Shown here: positions 26,224 to 38,124 of the stretch, in pieces
Numbering within the stretch: position 1 is the stretch's first letter
Layout of the letters: the number at the start of each line of letters is the position of its first letter
Origin: Eledone cirrhosa
Taxonomy: Eukaryota
Direction of reading: 5' to 3'
DNA: 64,000 bases
Assembly (NCBI GenBank): GCA_964016885.1
Contig: OZ024743.1
Location: forward strand, 333,002,001-333,066,000
Notes under the pieces: generated by a model
Told to the model about the DNA's origin: nothing
What the model saw: the letters and a program-made list of their open reading frames with translations, nothing else
Databases searched by the model: none
Translations under genes and position numbers: made by a program

Positions 26224-27624
26224 TCAGTCCAACTCAAATAAGATATTATTACTGAACTGAAATGGACAGTAAGTCTGATGGTCATTTTTCTGTAAATTGG
26301 ACATCGGAGTACTTTCCCAACTCAGCACTGAATCCACTTTGTAAATATCTGAAGAATTAACTGTACAACTTTCTTTATTCTTGCTGTCAGAATTGTCCTT
26401 CATGTTAGAATCCTCTCTACAATGGCCATTTGCTTTGGAAGAATGTTTATCTGCAATATTCTCATCACCTTCAACTTTCCCATTCATTTTCATATCTTTA
26501 CACTTATCTCTGTCGGAGATGTCGTTTGATATTGATCCATCGTCCCCTTCACTCCCACCTGCTGTTGAGACTGTCATACCTACGTCTGTTTTGCTAGGAG
26601 ACAAGGCTCTGTCTAACTCTAACATGTATCCATTTGAAGTGTGTTGTTGTATTGAAGCGTTATTATTGTCAACATTAGTGATAGAGAGAGCAGCCATTTC
26701 TGTCAAAGTCTGGTCAACTTGAGCTGTGGAGACTTCACTGGAGTCAACATCAGGAGATTCTGGTACTTCATAGTCATCAAGTTCTGGTAGCAATGTCTTA
26801 TTCACAGCTACTGTCATTAAATTGTCTAAACGACTTTTCTCTGTTTCTGTCAGTTTGTTGTTATCACAATTACTGCTACCTTCCATAACCTCTAATGAGG
26901 CACAGTTCTTTGATTTCTTAGAACTGTTTCGTTTGGATTTTGAGGACGAACTTTTCCGAGAACGGAAGTTGTAGTTGTTGTTCTTTGACTGTGAGGATGA
27001 CTCAGCCTGCGAATGGTCATGCATAGTTTGGCTGTTCTGATCATAACCAGAATCTGTGTCATGATCAGATGCCTCTGTATTACTAGTTTCATCTGTTTCA
27101 TCCACGGTACTGCTACTAGCGCCACCTTCCTGTTTTGTGCCACTTCGAGCTAATGAAGTAGATTTTTTCTTCGTACTTTTACTTTCGTTTGTTTTTGGCT
27201 GAGGTTTTGTGCTAGGTTCGCCAGGACCTTTCCTCTTTGTCTCTTCTCCTTCACTGCTCTCCTGACTGCTTTGTCGCCTCCGACGACGGCCAGTCTTTCT
27301 GCGTTCTTCACGCTGCCGGTTTCGCTTCCGCTTACTCTTCAACATACTACGCATACTTGAAACTGTGGAATTGGTTTTGAACATAGCTTGATCAATACGT
27401 TCATTAAATGAAACTGATTTCTTAACAGTTGTAAATGGACTGTCCACAGAAGAAGTATCAGGTGAGGCAGATAATGTAGCATTTTCATCACTAGATTCAG
27501 ACTTAGAATGTTGTTTCAGAATTCCATGTAAGTGTGGATGTCTTTTATGATGTACAACTTCTATGCTTGGATAGGTAGAGGGTTCAGTGTCTGTTGTATC
27601 AGACTCTGAAACTGCACGACCCAC
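26224..27624 (-). CDS. DNAAF2: Terminal exon of kintoun / dynein axonemal assembly factor 2
   Basis: Acceptor ttttctgtttcag before 27624. Motifs HGILKQHSKSESS, KKSVSFNERID, a basic stretch and the C-terminal HQTYCPFQFSNNILFELD match kintoun C-termini as I recall them. Confidence 0.82.
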   Translation of the reverse strand: MGRAVSESDTTDTEPSTYPSIEVVHHKRHPHLHGILKQHSKSESSDENATLSASPDTSSVDSPFTTVKKSVSFNERIDQAMFKTNSTVSSMRSMLKSKRKRNRQREERRKTGRRRRRQSSQESSEGEETKRKGPGEPSTKPQPKTNESKSTKKKSTSLARSGTKQEGGASSSTVDETDETSNTEASDHDTDSGYDQNSQTMHDHSQAESSSQSKNNNYNFRSRKSSSSKSKRNSSKKSKNCASLEVMEGSSNCDNNKLTETEKSRLDNLMTVAVNKTLLPELDDYEVPESPDVDSSEVSTAQVDQTLTEMAALSITNVDNNNASIQQHTSNGYMLELDRALSPSKTDVGMTVSTAGGSEGDDGSISNDISDRDKCKDMKMNGKVEGDENIADKHSSKANGHCREDSNMKDNSDSKNKESCTVNSSDIYKVDSVLSWESTPMSNLQKNDHQTYCPFQFSNNILFELD

Positions 27625-29210
27625 CTGAAACAGAAAACAAAAGACATATTTTATAGTTATAGAAAATGTCTCTCAACTATTTTCTTTTACAATCTTGAGG
27701 ATCCAGCTGGGTCAATTGGAGATGGTTGCTTCTGACAGGACCCACTAAAAGGAGTACTCTCGAGTCCCAAAGAATAGGGGAGTTGGAATAAGTTGGGGTT
27801 GGAAAATTGGTAATTTTTCTAGGTTGTTTCCATTGATATTTTTTAAAAAACAAGAATTAGTCGTTAGTTTATATATTAAGACCCCAACCCATCCTATTTA
27901 TTTTAGTAATACCTCCAAAATTCAATTTATTGAAATAGAGTATATTTCATTAGAAATATGGTTACAAAAGGGTTAAAAGGAAATTGTATTGATGGCTAAG
28001 TTCCAGCAAGTGTTGTAAGGCTATTTTCACAGCTGGATGCTCTTGTTAGCACAAACCCTTTTAGTCACCTGTGACATACAGGGATAAGGAGTACCTATTT
28101 TAAACTGGACACACAGATAATTACTGGTGGTTAAATACCACATCAAATATGTTAATCCACAGAGGACAAGTGTCAGATAGTAAGTAATATATACCACATC
28201 AAATATGTTAATCCCCAGAGGTCAAATCAAACCCCACTAACCATTAATGAAAATTATTCCTGTATTGCATCAGCTACACCTTGACATAGATAAACTTGCC
28301 TATGAGAATCACAGTCTTACAATCTGTAACATCTTTCAAATTCAGTCTCACATTACATTTCTAGTAAAGCATAGATTAATATCTTCTTTTGTACATCCTC
28401 ACTCCATTAGCAGTGAATTGGCAGAGTCGTTAGACCATCAGATAGAATGCCTTGTGGTATTTGTTCCAGTTCCTTGCTGAGTTCAAATCTTGTTGAAGTC
28501 AACTTTACGTTTCATCCTTTTGAAGTCGATAAAAGAAATATCATTCTAGTACTGTGGTTGATTTTTTTCTTTACGTCTCTTTTTCACTGCCTCTCTCTTA
28601 CTCTTACTGGAAGAAATCTGTCGTATTCAGGCCTGGAGAGGGATGGGCTCTGCCAGGCTTAAAATGCCCAAGAAACTCTGTATATCAATACAGCACCTGT
28701 ATAACTCCACCAGGAGTTATGGGATCATACCATATATACTCATTTAGCTTAACACAAACACACACATATATACAGACATACACATATATATATACACAAA
28801 CACACATGCATGTTACAACATCTATTGAATAGAATAAGAATGATTTTGTTAAGCTTTCTCTGCTAGCAAAGGTTAGACAGGTCACCATAGGCAAAAGCAG
28901 CCGGGGGTGGGTGGGGGGTGGGGGGGGGGGGGGTGGGGGGCGGGGACGTCCCTTTTCGGTCTGAGTTCAAATCTCGCCGAGGTTACTTTGCCTTACGAGG
29001 TCGATAAAATAAAGTAAGTAATGCACTGGGATAATTGCTGGCCTTGTGCCAAAAGTAGAAACAATTATTTAACGTCCGTTTTCCCTGCTAGCAAAAGTTG
29101 GATGGATAGATTGTCACAGAATAAGTCAGTACTGAATGAGAGCTACTGAGCTCTGAGGCAGGCCAGAGGCCACATGAAATAAAACTGAAACCAGTGTGTG
29201 GGTCATTAGA

Positions 29211-29785
29211 TAATTGTTTCTACATTTGGCACAAGCCCACCAATTATACCAGTGTATTACTGGTGCTTTATTTTATCTACCCCGTAAGGATGAAAGGCAA
29301 AGTTAACCTCGGCGGGATTTGAACTCAGATCGTAAAGGGACGTAACTATGCTGGAAAGCATGGCGTCCGACCCTCTACCGATACTGCCAATCCACAATTA
29401 AATAATTGTTTCTACTTTAGGCACAAGGCCAGCAATTACCCAGTACATTACTGGTACTTTATTTTATCGACCCCGTAAGGATGAAAGGCAAAGTCAACCT
29501 CGGCGGTATTTGAACTCAGATCGTAAAGGGACGTAACTATGCTGGAAAGCATGGCGTCCGACCCTCTACCGATACTGCCAATCCACAATTAAATAATTGT
29601 TTCTACTTTAGGCACAAGGCCAGCAATTACCCAGTACATTACTGGTACTTTATTTTATCGACCCCGCAAGGATGAAAGGCAAAGTCAACCTCGGCGGTAT
29701 TTGAACTCAGATCGTAAAGGGACGTAACTATGCTGGAAAGCATGGCGTCCGACTCTCTACCGATACTGCCAATCCCCCGCCCTTC
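29211..29785 (-). repeat. Three tandem 191-bp copies of a Meta-domain-like tRNA SINE; dispersed copies at about 6560-6975, 8390-8600, 28955-29068, 35550-35892, 47108-47200, 58140-58350
   Basis: gagttcaaat..gccgaggttgactttgcctttcatccttacggggtcgataaaataaagtaccag in each unit; period read from atccacaatt at 29390 and 29581. Confidence 0.85.
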
Positions 29786-30727
29786 AATTAAATAATGAGA
29801 AACAGAGTTGCCTCCCTTGGTTCAAGCGGATCAATAGCAAAGTTAGTAATTCTGACAGTATATTTAGTTAACAGTCTAACAGAGATGAGGAACCTGCAGC
29901 CTTCTATGCAATTCTATACGGCCTTTTGAAAGAATAAAAAAATTCGCAACAAATTTTAAATTTTTATTAAAATGTTTTTTTCCATCACTTATTATTTTAA
30001 TTTAAACCATAAGATGAACGTATTTTAAATACCAAAGTGTAAAAGGAAATTAAACGAAATAATCCACACTGACAGCCAGAATTTAAAAACTGGTGTATCA
30101 CAAGAGCCATTTCAGAACTTTCTACACTCATGTTTTTAGTTCTGATGTGATTCTAGAATGTACATTAAATTCCTGCTTGACTGGAGCCAGTATCACCCGA
30201 GGCTGGTTGCTCAGAACCCGTTGGGATTTAGTATGACAGTGATTATCAACATTTTAAGAATATATAAATATGGTTTCTTAAATGCGGCCTTTCAACATGA
30301 AAAGGTTCCCCCACCCCTGGTCTAACACCCTTGTAATCATTGTATCTTTTATACCATCATCATCGTTTATGTCCACTTGCCATGCTGGCATGGGTTGGAA
30401 GGGTTGTCACGATTTCAGGCCAGACAGTTTGGAGCTCCATCTTGCTCATATGCTCCATATTTGGCAAGGCGTCTACAAGTGGATGCCCTTCCTAACACAA
30501 ACCATTTTACAAGGCGTACTGGGTACGTTATTTTTTTTGAACCACCAGCACTACCGTTTTACAGAGTGGACTGGGCGTGTGCTCCTCCCAAATCTTTGCA
30601 CTAACATTCTCTAGTCCTTCCTTCTGAGGGAACACCCCCACCCTCTGGAATTCTCTCCCTATCCATGTTTTTGCTACAGCTATCAACTTGCAACTGTTTA
30701 AGATCTCAGCAGCCTCAGAGAATCTGT

Positions 30728-30968
30728 ATCGGCCAGGAGCACAGCCATGAAGAGCCTGAGACGAAAAGAGCCAGTCTCGGTGGGCATGTGATGGCCAGGA
30801 CTACAACTATGAAAGGCCTGTGAAGAAAAGGGCCTGTGATGACCAGGGCCTGTGATGGCTAAACCACAGCCACAGAGTGTTTGTGATGGCCAGAGGAACA
30901 GCTTTAGAAGACCTGTGATGACCAGAGTCACAGTCTTAGAAGACCTGTGATGGCTGCAGGCACAGCCT
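30728..30968. repeat. Degenerate minisatellite
   Basis: Repeated gaagacctgtgatggccag..cacagc. Confidence 0.65.
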
Positions 30969-31144
30969 CTCCTCTAGACCTAAAGATTAAAAGATATATA
31001 AACTCAACATATAAAAAAGAAACTGACTGCAGTATGTTGATGTCTGTTGTATATACATCTAGAGTTTTGTAATCCATTGGGTGCACACTTTATAATTAGC
31101 TGTACATCCTCTGTAAATCAATGTAAGTTGTAGTTTATAATTAC

Positions 31145-31300
31145 CTGTACATCCAGTTTAATGTGTTTCTCATTCAGTTCCGACACATTCAGGTGATAAT
31201 CCAGCTGTTGTTGAGGCATATTGCAGGCACTGTCGTTTCCACCACACTCAAGTTCTTCAAGAGAGGATTGTAACTGGCTGCTACTTTCAAAACTGTGGTA
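31145..31300 (-). CDS. DNAAF2: Penultimate exon of DNAAF2 (156 nt, not in ORF track)
   Basis: Acceptor cttttctatattacag, donor CAG|GTAATT, open frame YHSFESSSQLQSSLEELE...LNVSELNEKHIKLDVQ, phase 0-0, compatible with the terminal exon. Confidence 0.78.
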
Positions 31301-32302
31301 CTGTAATATAGAAAAGAAGGGGTTTGATTATTGGCGATTTGTGAGAGAATATCATCACCATCACCACTATACCACCACCTCCATCAACATCATCATAGTC
31401 CTAGTCAGGATTTATTCCTAAATGGATCAGAAGACTGTATCTCACTTGTATGTTCCAAATTTTGGCACAATTTCTATGATTGGATGCTCCAACCACTTAA
31501 CAGAGTGTACTGAGAACATCTCATCATGGCACCAGCAGTAGAGAATTTGTCATGTTCTTGACAAAGAGTCCTCTCTACCCTACATATTCATTCCCACTTG
31601 ACAGACTGTATATGACTACAAAATTAAATCTATTTCATTATTTTCCACATGTATTCAATTAAATACAATATCACCTTACAGGGTGGACTGGGAGCCTTTT
31701 ATCATGTCACCAGTACTAGCACCTTTCACAACAGACTAGGTGTTTTTAACAAGTCACCTTACAGGGTGGCCTGTTAATTTTTGTTTAAAAACATTGTATC
31801 ATAATTTTATGAAAGAAGCTACATTAAGTTATGTTCCAAATACCAATTTCATAATAAGAATGTTAGTTGTATTACTAACCCACTTTAAATTCTTGATTAT
31901 TTTCAAAATTATTTGAAAACCATAGGCAGTGTCTTTCATTAGAAATATGGTAATGAAAGAGGCTGAAGACATAGACAATGTCTTTCATTAGAAATCATCA
32001 TTATCATCATTTAATGTCTATCTTCCATGCTAGCATGGGTTAGACGGGTTTGTCCCATTTGAAGCAAGTTTGGTCGGGTGATTGTGTCTCACTCGTATAG
32101 AAATATGGTAATGAAATGGTTTATTCGAAATACAGTTAAACAAGAGTCATTTAAAGTCCTTTTTGCAGGCTTGTAAAGGCTTGATTGGTTCTCATGTTAT
32201 GTGAGTCCCTGGTATCTTGTCTGAAGTTGCTTTTTAACATTGTATGTGTACATACATATACATGCATAATATTCTATGTTTATCATTTTCATATGATATT
32301 AA

Positions 32303-32688
32303 CTCTTAACATCCTGTAATGATTTAGTAGAAAATGTTCAAATGTTTAGCATCTTTACTAGTCAACAGATTGTTGTGAAGATTTGCAGTTGATGTTTTGT
32401 ACTTTTAAAGAATGTCTTCTTAACCCTTTAGTTACCAACTCAGCCAAAATTGGCTCTGGTTCTATGAAATAAAACCACGCATTTTAAAGGATTACAATTT
32501 AAATTTAAATCTTCCAACATAATTTTATATAAGAACCTTACATTAAGTTACTATCTTAGTAATGAAATAATTAATAATTTTAGTAAATCTCTCACAATTC
32601 TTCATTAATTAATTGAAATAGTGTATTTCATTAGAAATGTGGTCATGAAAGGGTTAATGTGGTTCCATGTGGTACAGGATGTTAAAAG
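32303..32688. mobile_element. TTAA MITE family 1 containing a nested TTAA MITE family 2 (32424-32653)
   Basis: Outer ctcttaacatcctg/caggatgttaaaag; inner TTAA|cccttt..aaaggg|TTAA with piggyBac-like CCC ends. Family 2 ends also at about 8948, 27977 and 39603. Confidence 0.72.
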
Positions 32689-32958
32689 TTAAACAAGTAA
32701 AATGCAGAATATAGAAAACATTTGATAAGAGGTGAATCACAAATGACATTTGGTAAATTTAGATGTGTGTTCATAAGTAGGTCAACTTGAAATATTATAT
32801 CAGTAAGTTTTAACTCAATCTGGATTTTGAGTCATAAGAAGTTTTTGCTGGGTATTTATATTTTGCTCAACCTTCACCCGAAGATAGAAGGTCAAAATTA
32901 TATATTGTTAATGTACAAAGCAGAATGTTCGGCTTTTCAAGCACTGAATATATAAGTA

Positions 32959-33170
32959 TAAAGAAAGTGTTCAAGCACTGAAATGCTATAAAGATAGCTT
33001 ACAAAATAGGGTGAAGACCCTTAAAAAACAGAAATAGAAGTTGCCATTGGCTACTATGAAAAAATGAACCCATAGCGGCCAATGGCAACTTCTTTTTCCC
33101 TCTTATAAGGGTCTTCACCCTATTTTGAAAGCTATCTGTTTAGCATTTCTACACTTGACCACTTTCTTTA
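32959..33170. repeat. ~210-bp imperfect palindrome (foldback element)
   Basis: aaaatagggtgaagaccctta/taagggtcttcaccctatttt and agaagttgccattggc/gccaatggcaacttct arms. Confidence 0.85.
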
Positions 33171-34488
33171 TTATATTGTTATGTATTTAATGTAGTACCC
33201 AACAATCTAAAGCAGTTAGTTCCAACAAGACTAGTCAGAAATAGCAGCTAAATCTGCCTCAATTCTCACCCTACTGTCATTTAAAAAAAACAAAAAAAAA
33301 AAACAGTGAGGAACACATTGGATAATTCAGTCCTTTAACCATTTAGCATTTAAATAGGCCAGAATTTTCTCACCTCTTTCTGTTCAAACCGGCTGTAACC
33401 AGCCACTCATACTGATGTTAAGGTATTGTTCTCAACATAAATAACATGAAAATCTCATACATTCGATATTTATGTGAGGAAAATTCTTTACCATGAAAAT
33501 ATAACAGTAAATATAGAGTAATGTAATTGCTACAGGGATATAGATGTCAGGAAATCAACAGGATGGTCACGTTTGGTACAGCTTTGATCCTAGGTCTGAC
33601 TGATCAATTTAATTGATCAGAGCTAATCAGAGGCATACAACAACAAAACCTCCACTAATACTGTCACCCCTATTAGAGCTTTGGACTTCCCTAACCCTAC
33701 ACTGCAGTTATTAACCATACTGACGAGGCTGCAAAGAATATGAACATAGAACCTTCTTCCAGATCAATCTCTGTGCTCCAGCTTTCATCAAAGTTAATAT
33801 TAAAGATCCAACTCAGTTCTATCCAGTCTTAACAGGTTTTCTACTTAATAAATATAAAAGATCTCCTTTCGTTGTTGAGTCCAAAATGCTGATGAAACAA
33901 GTACCAGTATCTACTTCAACTTGTTAAATAGACCACAAAATAAGTACTTCAACTTGAAGCATATCTGTGATTCATCTCCCACTGAAACAGAGGGGTCAGT
34001 CACAGTTGACTGTTCCCAGGTAGTATGTTTTTCTTTCATTTGTGTGTGTGTTTAGTCAGTATGTGGGAGGGTAGGGGTTGGGGTTACTATTTAGTCTGCG
34101 CGCGCGCGCGTGTGTGTGTGTGTGTGGGGGGGTTTAGCATTTAGTAGGGAGAAGGAAGGAAGTAAGGTCAGTATTTATGAGCCTTTCCAAGCCTCCCATA
34201 ATTGGTAGAAGGTGAGAGGGGGGGGAGATGAATTGTGTCCTCAAATCAGCAACCTGACCAAAATGTTTGCTGTAACAGAGTGGACTCTAGCTAACTGGAG
34301 TTCAATAGTCAAGTGTTATTGTTAACTCTTAATACCCTGAAATAATTTAGTAGAAAATATCTTTAAAAAAGGGGCAATGTCTTCTACATCCTGTCAGCAG
34401 GGACTTCAAAGCGACTGACTCTTAAGTTTAACGTATTGTGGTGGTGTGTATTTGGCTTACTCCCATAAGCATACATACATGAATACAT

Positions 34489-35071
34489 GGTGGCTGCCAA
34501 CTCGTTTTCGAGTACGGCCACTACTTTATATCCATGTAGGAGAACCCCTAGCGATGCGCTGAACAAGTGTGACTTTTTAGTCCAGCTAGCGACTTGAAAA
34601 CTCTGGTACAAATACTACACTTGTGACAATTATTGACACATAGTGCTAGGCCCATGGTACCATGTGATGACAAGTGCAGAGAGATCTCCAGATATAAAGC
34701 AATGCCTGTGCCGTGAAGCTTTTATAGTGAGCAAAGGCACTGCACAAAGCCAGTCCCACTCTCTTAACTAAGATGATATTTACCAAAAAGAACAAGTCAA
34801 CATCATTGGATACCATCAGTGTTGCAGGTGTTATAGCAGAGTTTTCCTTCTCCTAGAATTCTGCCTTGACAAAGGCTAAGGGGTCATCTCTCCCGGTGAT
34901 TTTGGATGACCATTGACTCTTAAGAGCTCCTCTGCCCTTTGACAGGATGTCCAAAGTCACCCTCCTCACCAAGAAACCTTGGTGGGGTTATCAGTTTAGT
35001 CGCCAACGACGCGACCATGAGACCGGTTGTACTGGGATACATGTTACCAGTAGCACCAACTGGTGACCTGA
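34489..35071 (-). mobile_element. Non-autonomous bipartite RTE derivative (5'UTR joined to 3' end) with 19-bp TSD
   Basis: CATACATACATGAATACAT at 34470-34488 and 35072-35090; RTE 5'UTR-type motif tctaggagaaggaaaactctg; terminal hairpin actcgaaaacgagt. Confidence 0.7.
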
Positions 35072-36099
35072 CATACATACATGAATACATACGTTGGAGT
35101 ATAATTGTTAATATTCCAAACTTTCATCATCACTATTATAATAATAAATATTAATTTCACCGTAAAACAAAAAATCTTTCCTGGTGGAGAGATTGTTGTG
35201 AGAATTTGCAGTATTAAAGTAAAAACTTGAATATCTAATGTGATGTAGCCACAGAGCTATTTGATACTTTTCAACAATGTCTTGTTAATGTGGTTTGATG
35301 TAGTTAGGACATTAAGACTTAAAGAAAAATTGAAATGAATTATTTTCACAGGTGAAAGGGGGTGGGGTGGAGAGGAGGAGGAAGGTAATGTGTTAATATG
35401 TTACAGTTGTCTCTTATCAGGTCAACCTCATAACCACACTTACCTTGACCTAAACATCGCTCTCATTACCACTAACTTTTCACCTATCTTTAAGAATTCA
35501 CACTATCTCTAATATCATGCTTATTTGGCATCTTAATATATGATAATAATAATGGTTTCTACTTTTGGCACAAGGCCAGCAAATTACCCAGTAGATTACT
35601 GGTACTTTATTTTATCGACCCTGTAAGGATGAAAGGCAATGTTAACCTGATATATATATATATATGATAATATATGATAATAATAATGGTTTCTGATTTA
35701 GGCACAAGGCCAACAATGGGGGGAGGGAGAAAGTCGATTAAATCGACCCAGATGCACTACTGGTACCTTATTTTATAGACCCGTAAGGATGAAAGGCAAA
35801 GCTAACTTCGGTGGGATTTGAACTCAGAATGCAAAGGGCCGTAACTCTATGCCGCAAAGCATGGTGCCCAATTCTCTACCGATACTGCCAAAATAATAAT
35901 AATTGGTTCTAAGATTGGCACAAGGTCAGAAATTATATATGCATCATCATCATCATTGTCATTTAATGTCCATTTTCCATGCTAGCATGGGTTAGACGTG
36001 CTGTCTCTTTGTGAGACAACAGGATCAGCGGCTGTGTCTTGCCCATACAGAACTGTTTCTGGCTTGGTTTCTACAGCTGGATCCCCTTCCTAATGCCAA

Positions 36100-36828
36100 C
36101 CACATTTACAGTGTGGACTGGGTGCTTTTTGTTGTGACACCTACATGACCACTTTACAGTGTGGGCTGGGTGCTTTTTGTTGTGACACCTACATGACCAC
36201 TTTACAGTGTGGACTGGGTGCTTTTTGTTGTGACACCTACATGACCACTTTACAGTGTGGGCTGGGTGCTTTTTGTTGTGACACCTACATGACCACTTTA
36301 CAGTGTGGACTGGGTGCTTTTTGTTGTGACACCTACATGACCACTTTACAGTGTGGGCTGGGTGCTTTTTGTTGTGACACCTACATGACCACTTTACAGT
36401 GTGGGCTGGGTGCTTTTTGTTGTGACACCTACATGACCACTTTACAGTGTGGACTGGGTGCTTTTTGTTGTGACAACTACATGACCACTTTACAGTGTGG
36501 GCTGGGTGCTTTTTGTTGTGACACCTACATGACCACTTTACAGTGTGGGCTGGGTGCTTTTTGTTGTGACACCTACATGACCACTTTACATTGTGGGCTG
36601 GGTGCTTTTTGTTGTGACACCTACATGACCACTTTACAGTGTGGACTGGGTGCTTTTTGTTGTGACACCTACATGACCACTTTACAGTGTGGGCTGGGTG
36701 CTTTTTGTTGTGACACCTACATGACCACTTTACAGTGTGGACTGGGTGCTTTTTGTTGTGACACCTACACGACCACTTTACAGTGTGGACTAGGCGCTTT
36801 TTGTCGTGACACCTACACGACCACTTTA
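36100..36828. repeat. 48-bp minisatellite, about 15 copies, expanded inside an RTE 3'UTR fragment
   Basis: Unit ccactttacagtgtgggctgggtgctttttgttgtgacacctacatga, preceded by the RTE tail at 35943-36100. Confidence 0.95.
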
Positions 36829-37099
36829 GAGAGAGAGAGAGTAAATAAAATGAGTCATAAAAACATGTGGTTGGTAAATAAATATATTTTCTATGCTATC
36901 TAGTGATTCTGAAGATTTCATACAGTGGACTTAAATGCTGTCTACTTCTGTATTATAATGTATTAAAGTATTAAACCTTGGTTATTGATTATTCATTTAT
37001 ATATATATATCATTATCCTCGTTTAACGTCCACTTTCCACGCTAGCATGGATTAGACGGGAGTTATATATACATATAATATATTTCATCATTGTACAAT

Positions 37100-37449
37100 G
37101 GAGGCACATGGCTTAGTGGCTAGAGCATTGACCTTGCAATTGAAAGGTTGTGAGTTCAATTCTCAGACCGGGTGATGTGTTGTGCCCTTGAGCAAGACAC
37201 TTTATTTCACATTGCTCCAGTTTACTCAGCTGTAGAAATGAGATGATAGGGACTGGGGTCTCTATCATTCCACTGCAAAGTGGTCATGGAGGTGCCACAG
37301 TAAAAAAGCACCCAGCACTCACTGTAAATGAGGTTGGTGTTAGGAAGGGCATCCAGCTGTAGAAATCAAGCCAGAATCAGTTCCCGTCCCACCCTTGCAA
37401 GCAGGGAACAGCGGACGTAAAATGATGATGATGATGATGATGATGATGT
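37100..37449 (+). mobile_element. SINE family A
   Basis: Near-identical to 14106-14434. Confidence 0.88.
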
Positions 37450-38089
37450 ACAGTGTCATTTGTTTTTTGCATACTTCCTTTAAAGTGGTTGGTGATAGAA
37501 AGGGCTTCCTGCCATAGAAAGCTTGCCAAACAAAAGGTTGGGAGGGCCCTTTAGTTATGTTAAGTATATGACAACCTCTTCTGTGTGCACTTGATTGAAT
37601 GTGAGACTTTAAGTGAGATTCAGACTCCTTGCCCCTGACATGGAAGGTCAGTGGTGCCATTTCAGTACTAACGTGGTCTATGAAGACCCCTCCAACCCTT
37701 ACTAGTAAGGACAACAATGATAATGATGATGAGGGAGAAGGGATGATGAAATATATATATATATGAAACTATTGTGTACAGTGCTCAGATGCACTACAAC
37801 TCATCAAAGGTGCATGTATAGTACATAGAATAATGTACAAATGTCAGGAAAGTGAACAGTGTATGAGTTATGATATACATATTATCCTTGCTTGTTGAAA
37901 CAATCAACAAAAAATGTTGGTGTTAGGAAGGGCATCCAGCTAAAGAAATCATGAAAAATATGGAACATAAGCAAGATGAGGTTGCTCCAGCCCATTTCGT
38001 CTCAAACCATCAAAACTCATCCAACCCATGCAAGGATGGAAAATGGCCGTAAAAAAAAAATGATGACGTGTCTATATACATATATATAG

Positions 38090-38124
<35 letters not shown>

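Noticed and set aside
33700-33990. Exon-like minus-strand segment with good acceptor
   Set aside because: Stop codons interrupt the plausible frames, there is no convincing donor, and no recognisable protein.
36145-36903. 252-aa Cys-rich repeat ORF; CRISPR-like periodicity
   Set aside because: Pure 48-bp tandem repeat from an RTE UTR, with no unique spacers and no cas genes.
37100-37175. tRNA-like sequence (also at other SINE heads)
   Set aside because: A/B boxes are present but the acceptor stem is not closed and the sequence continues into a SINE body.
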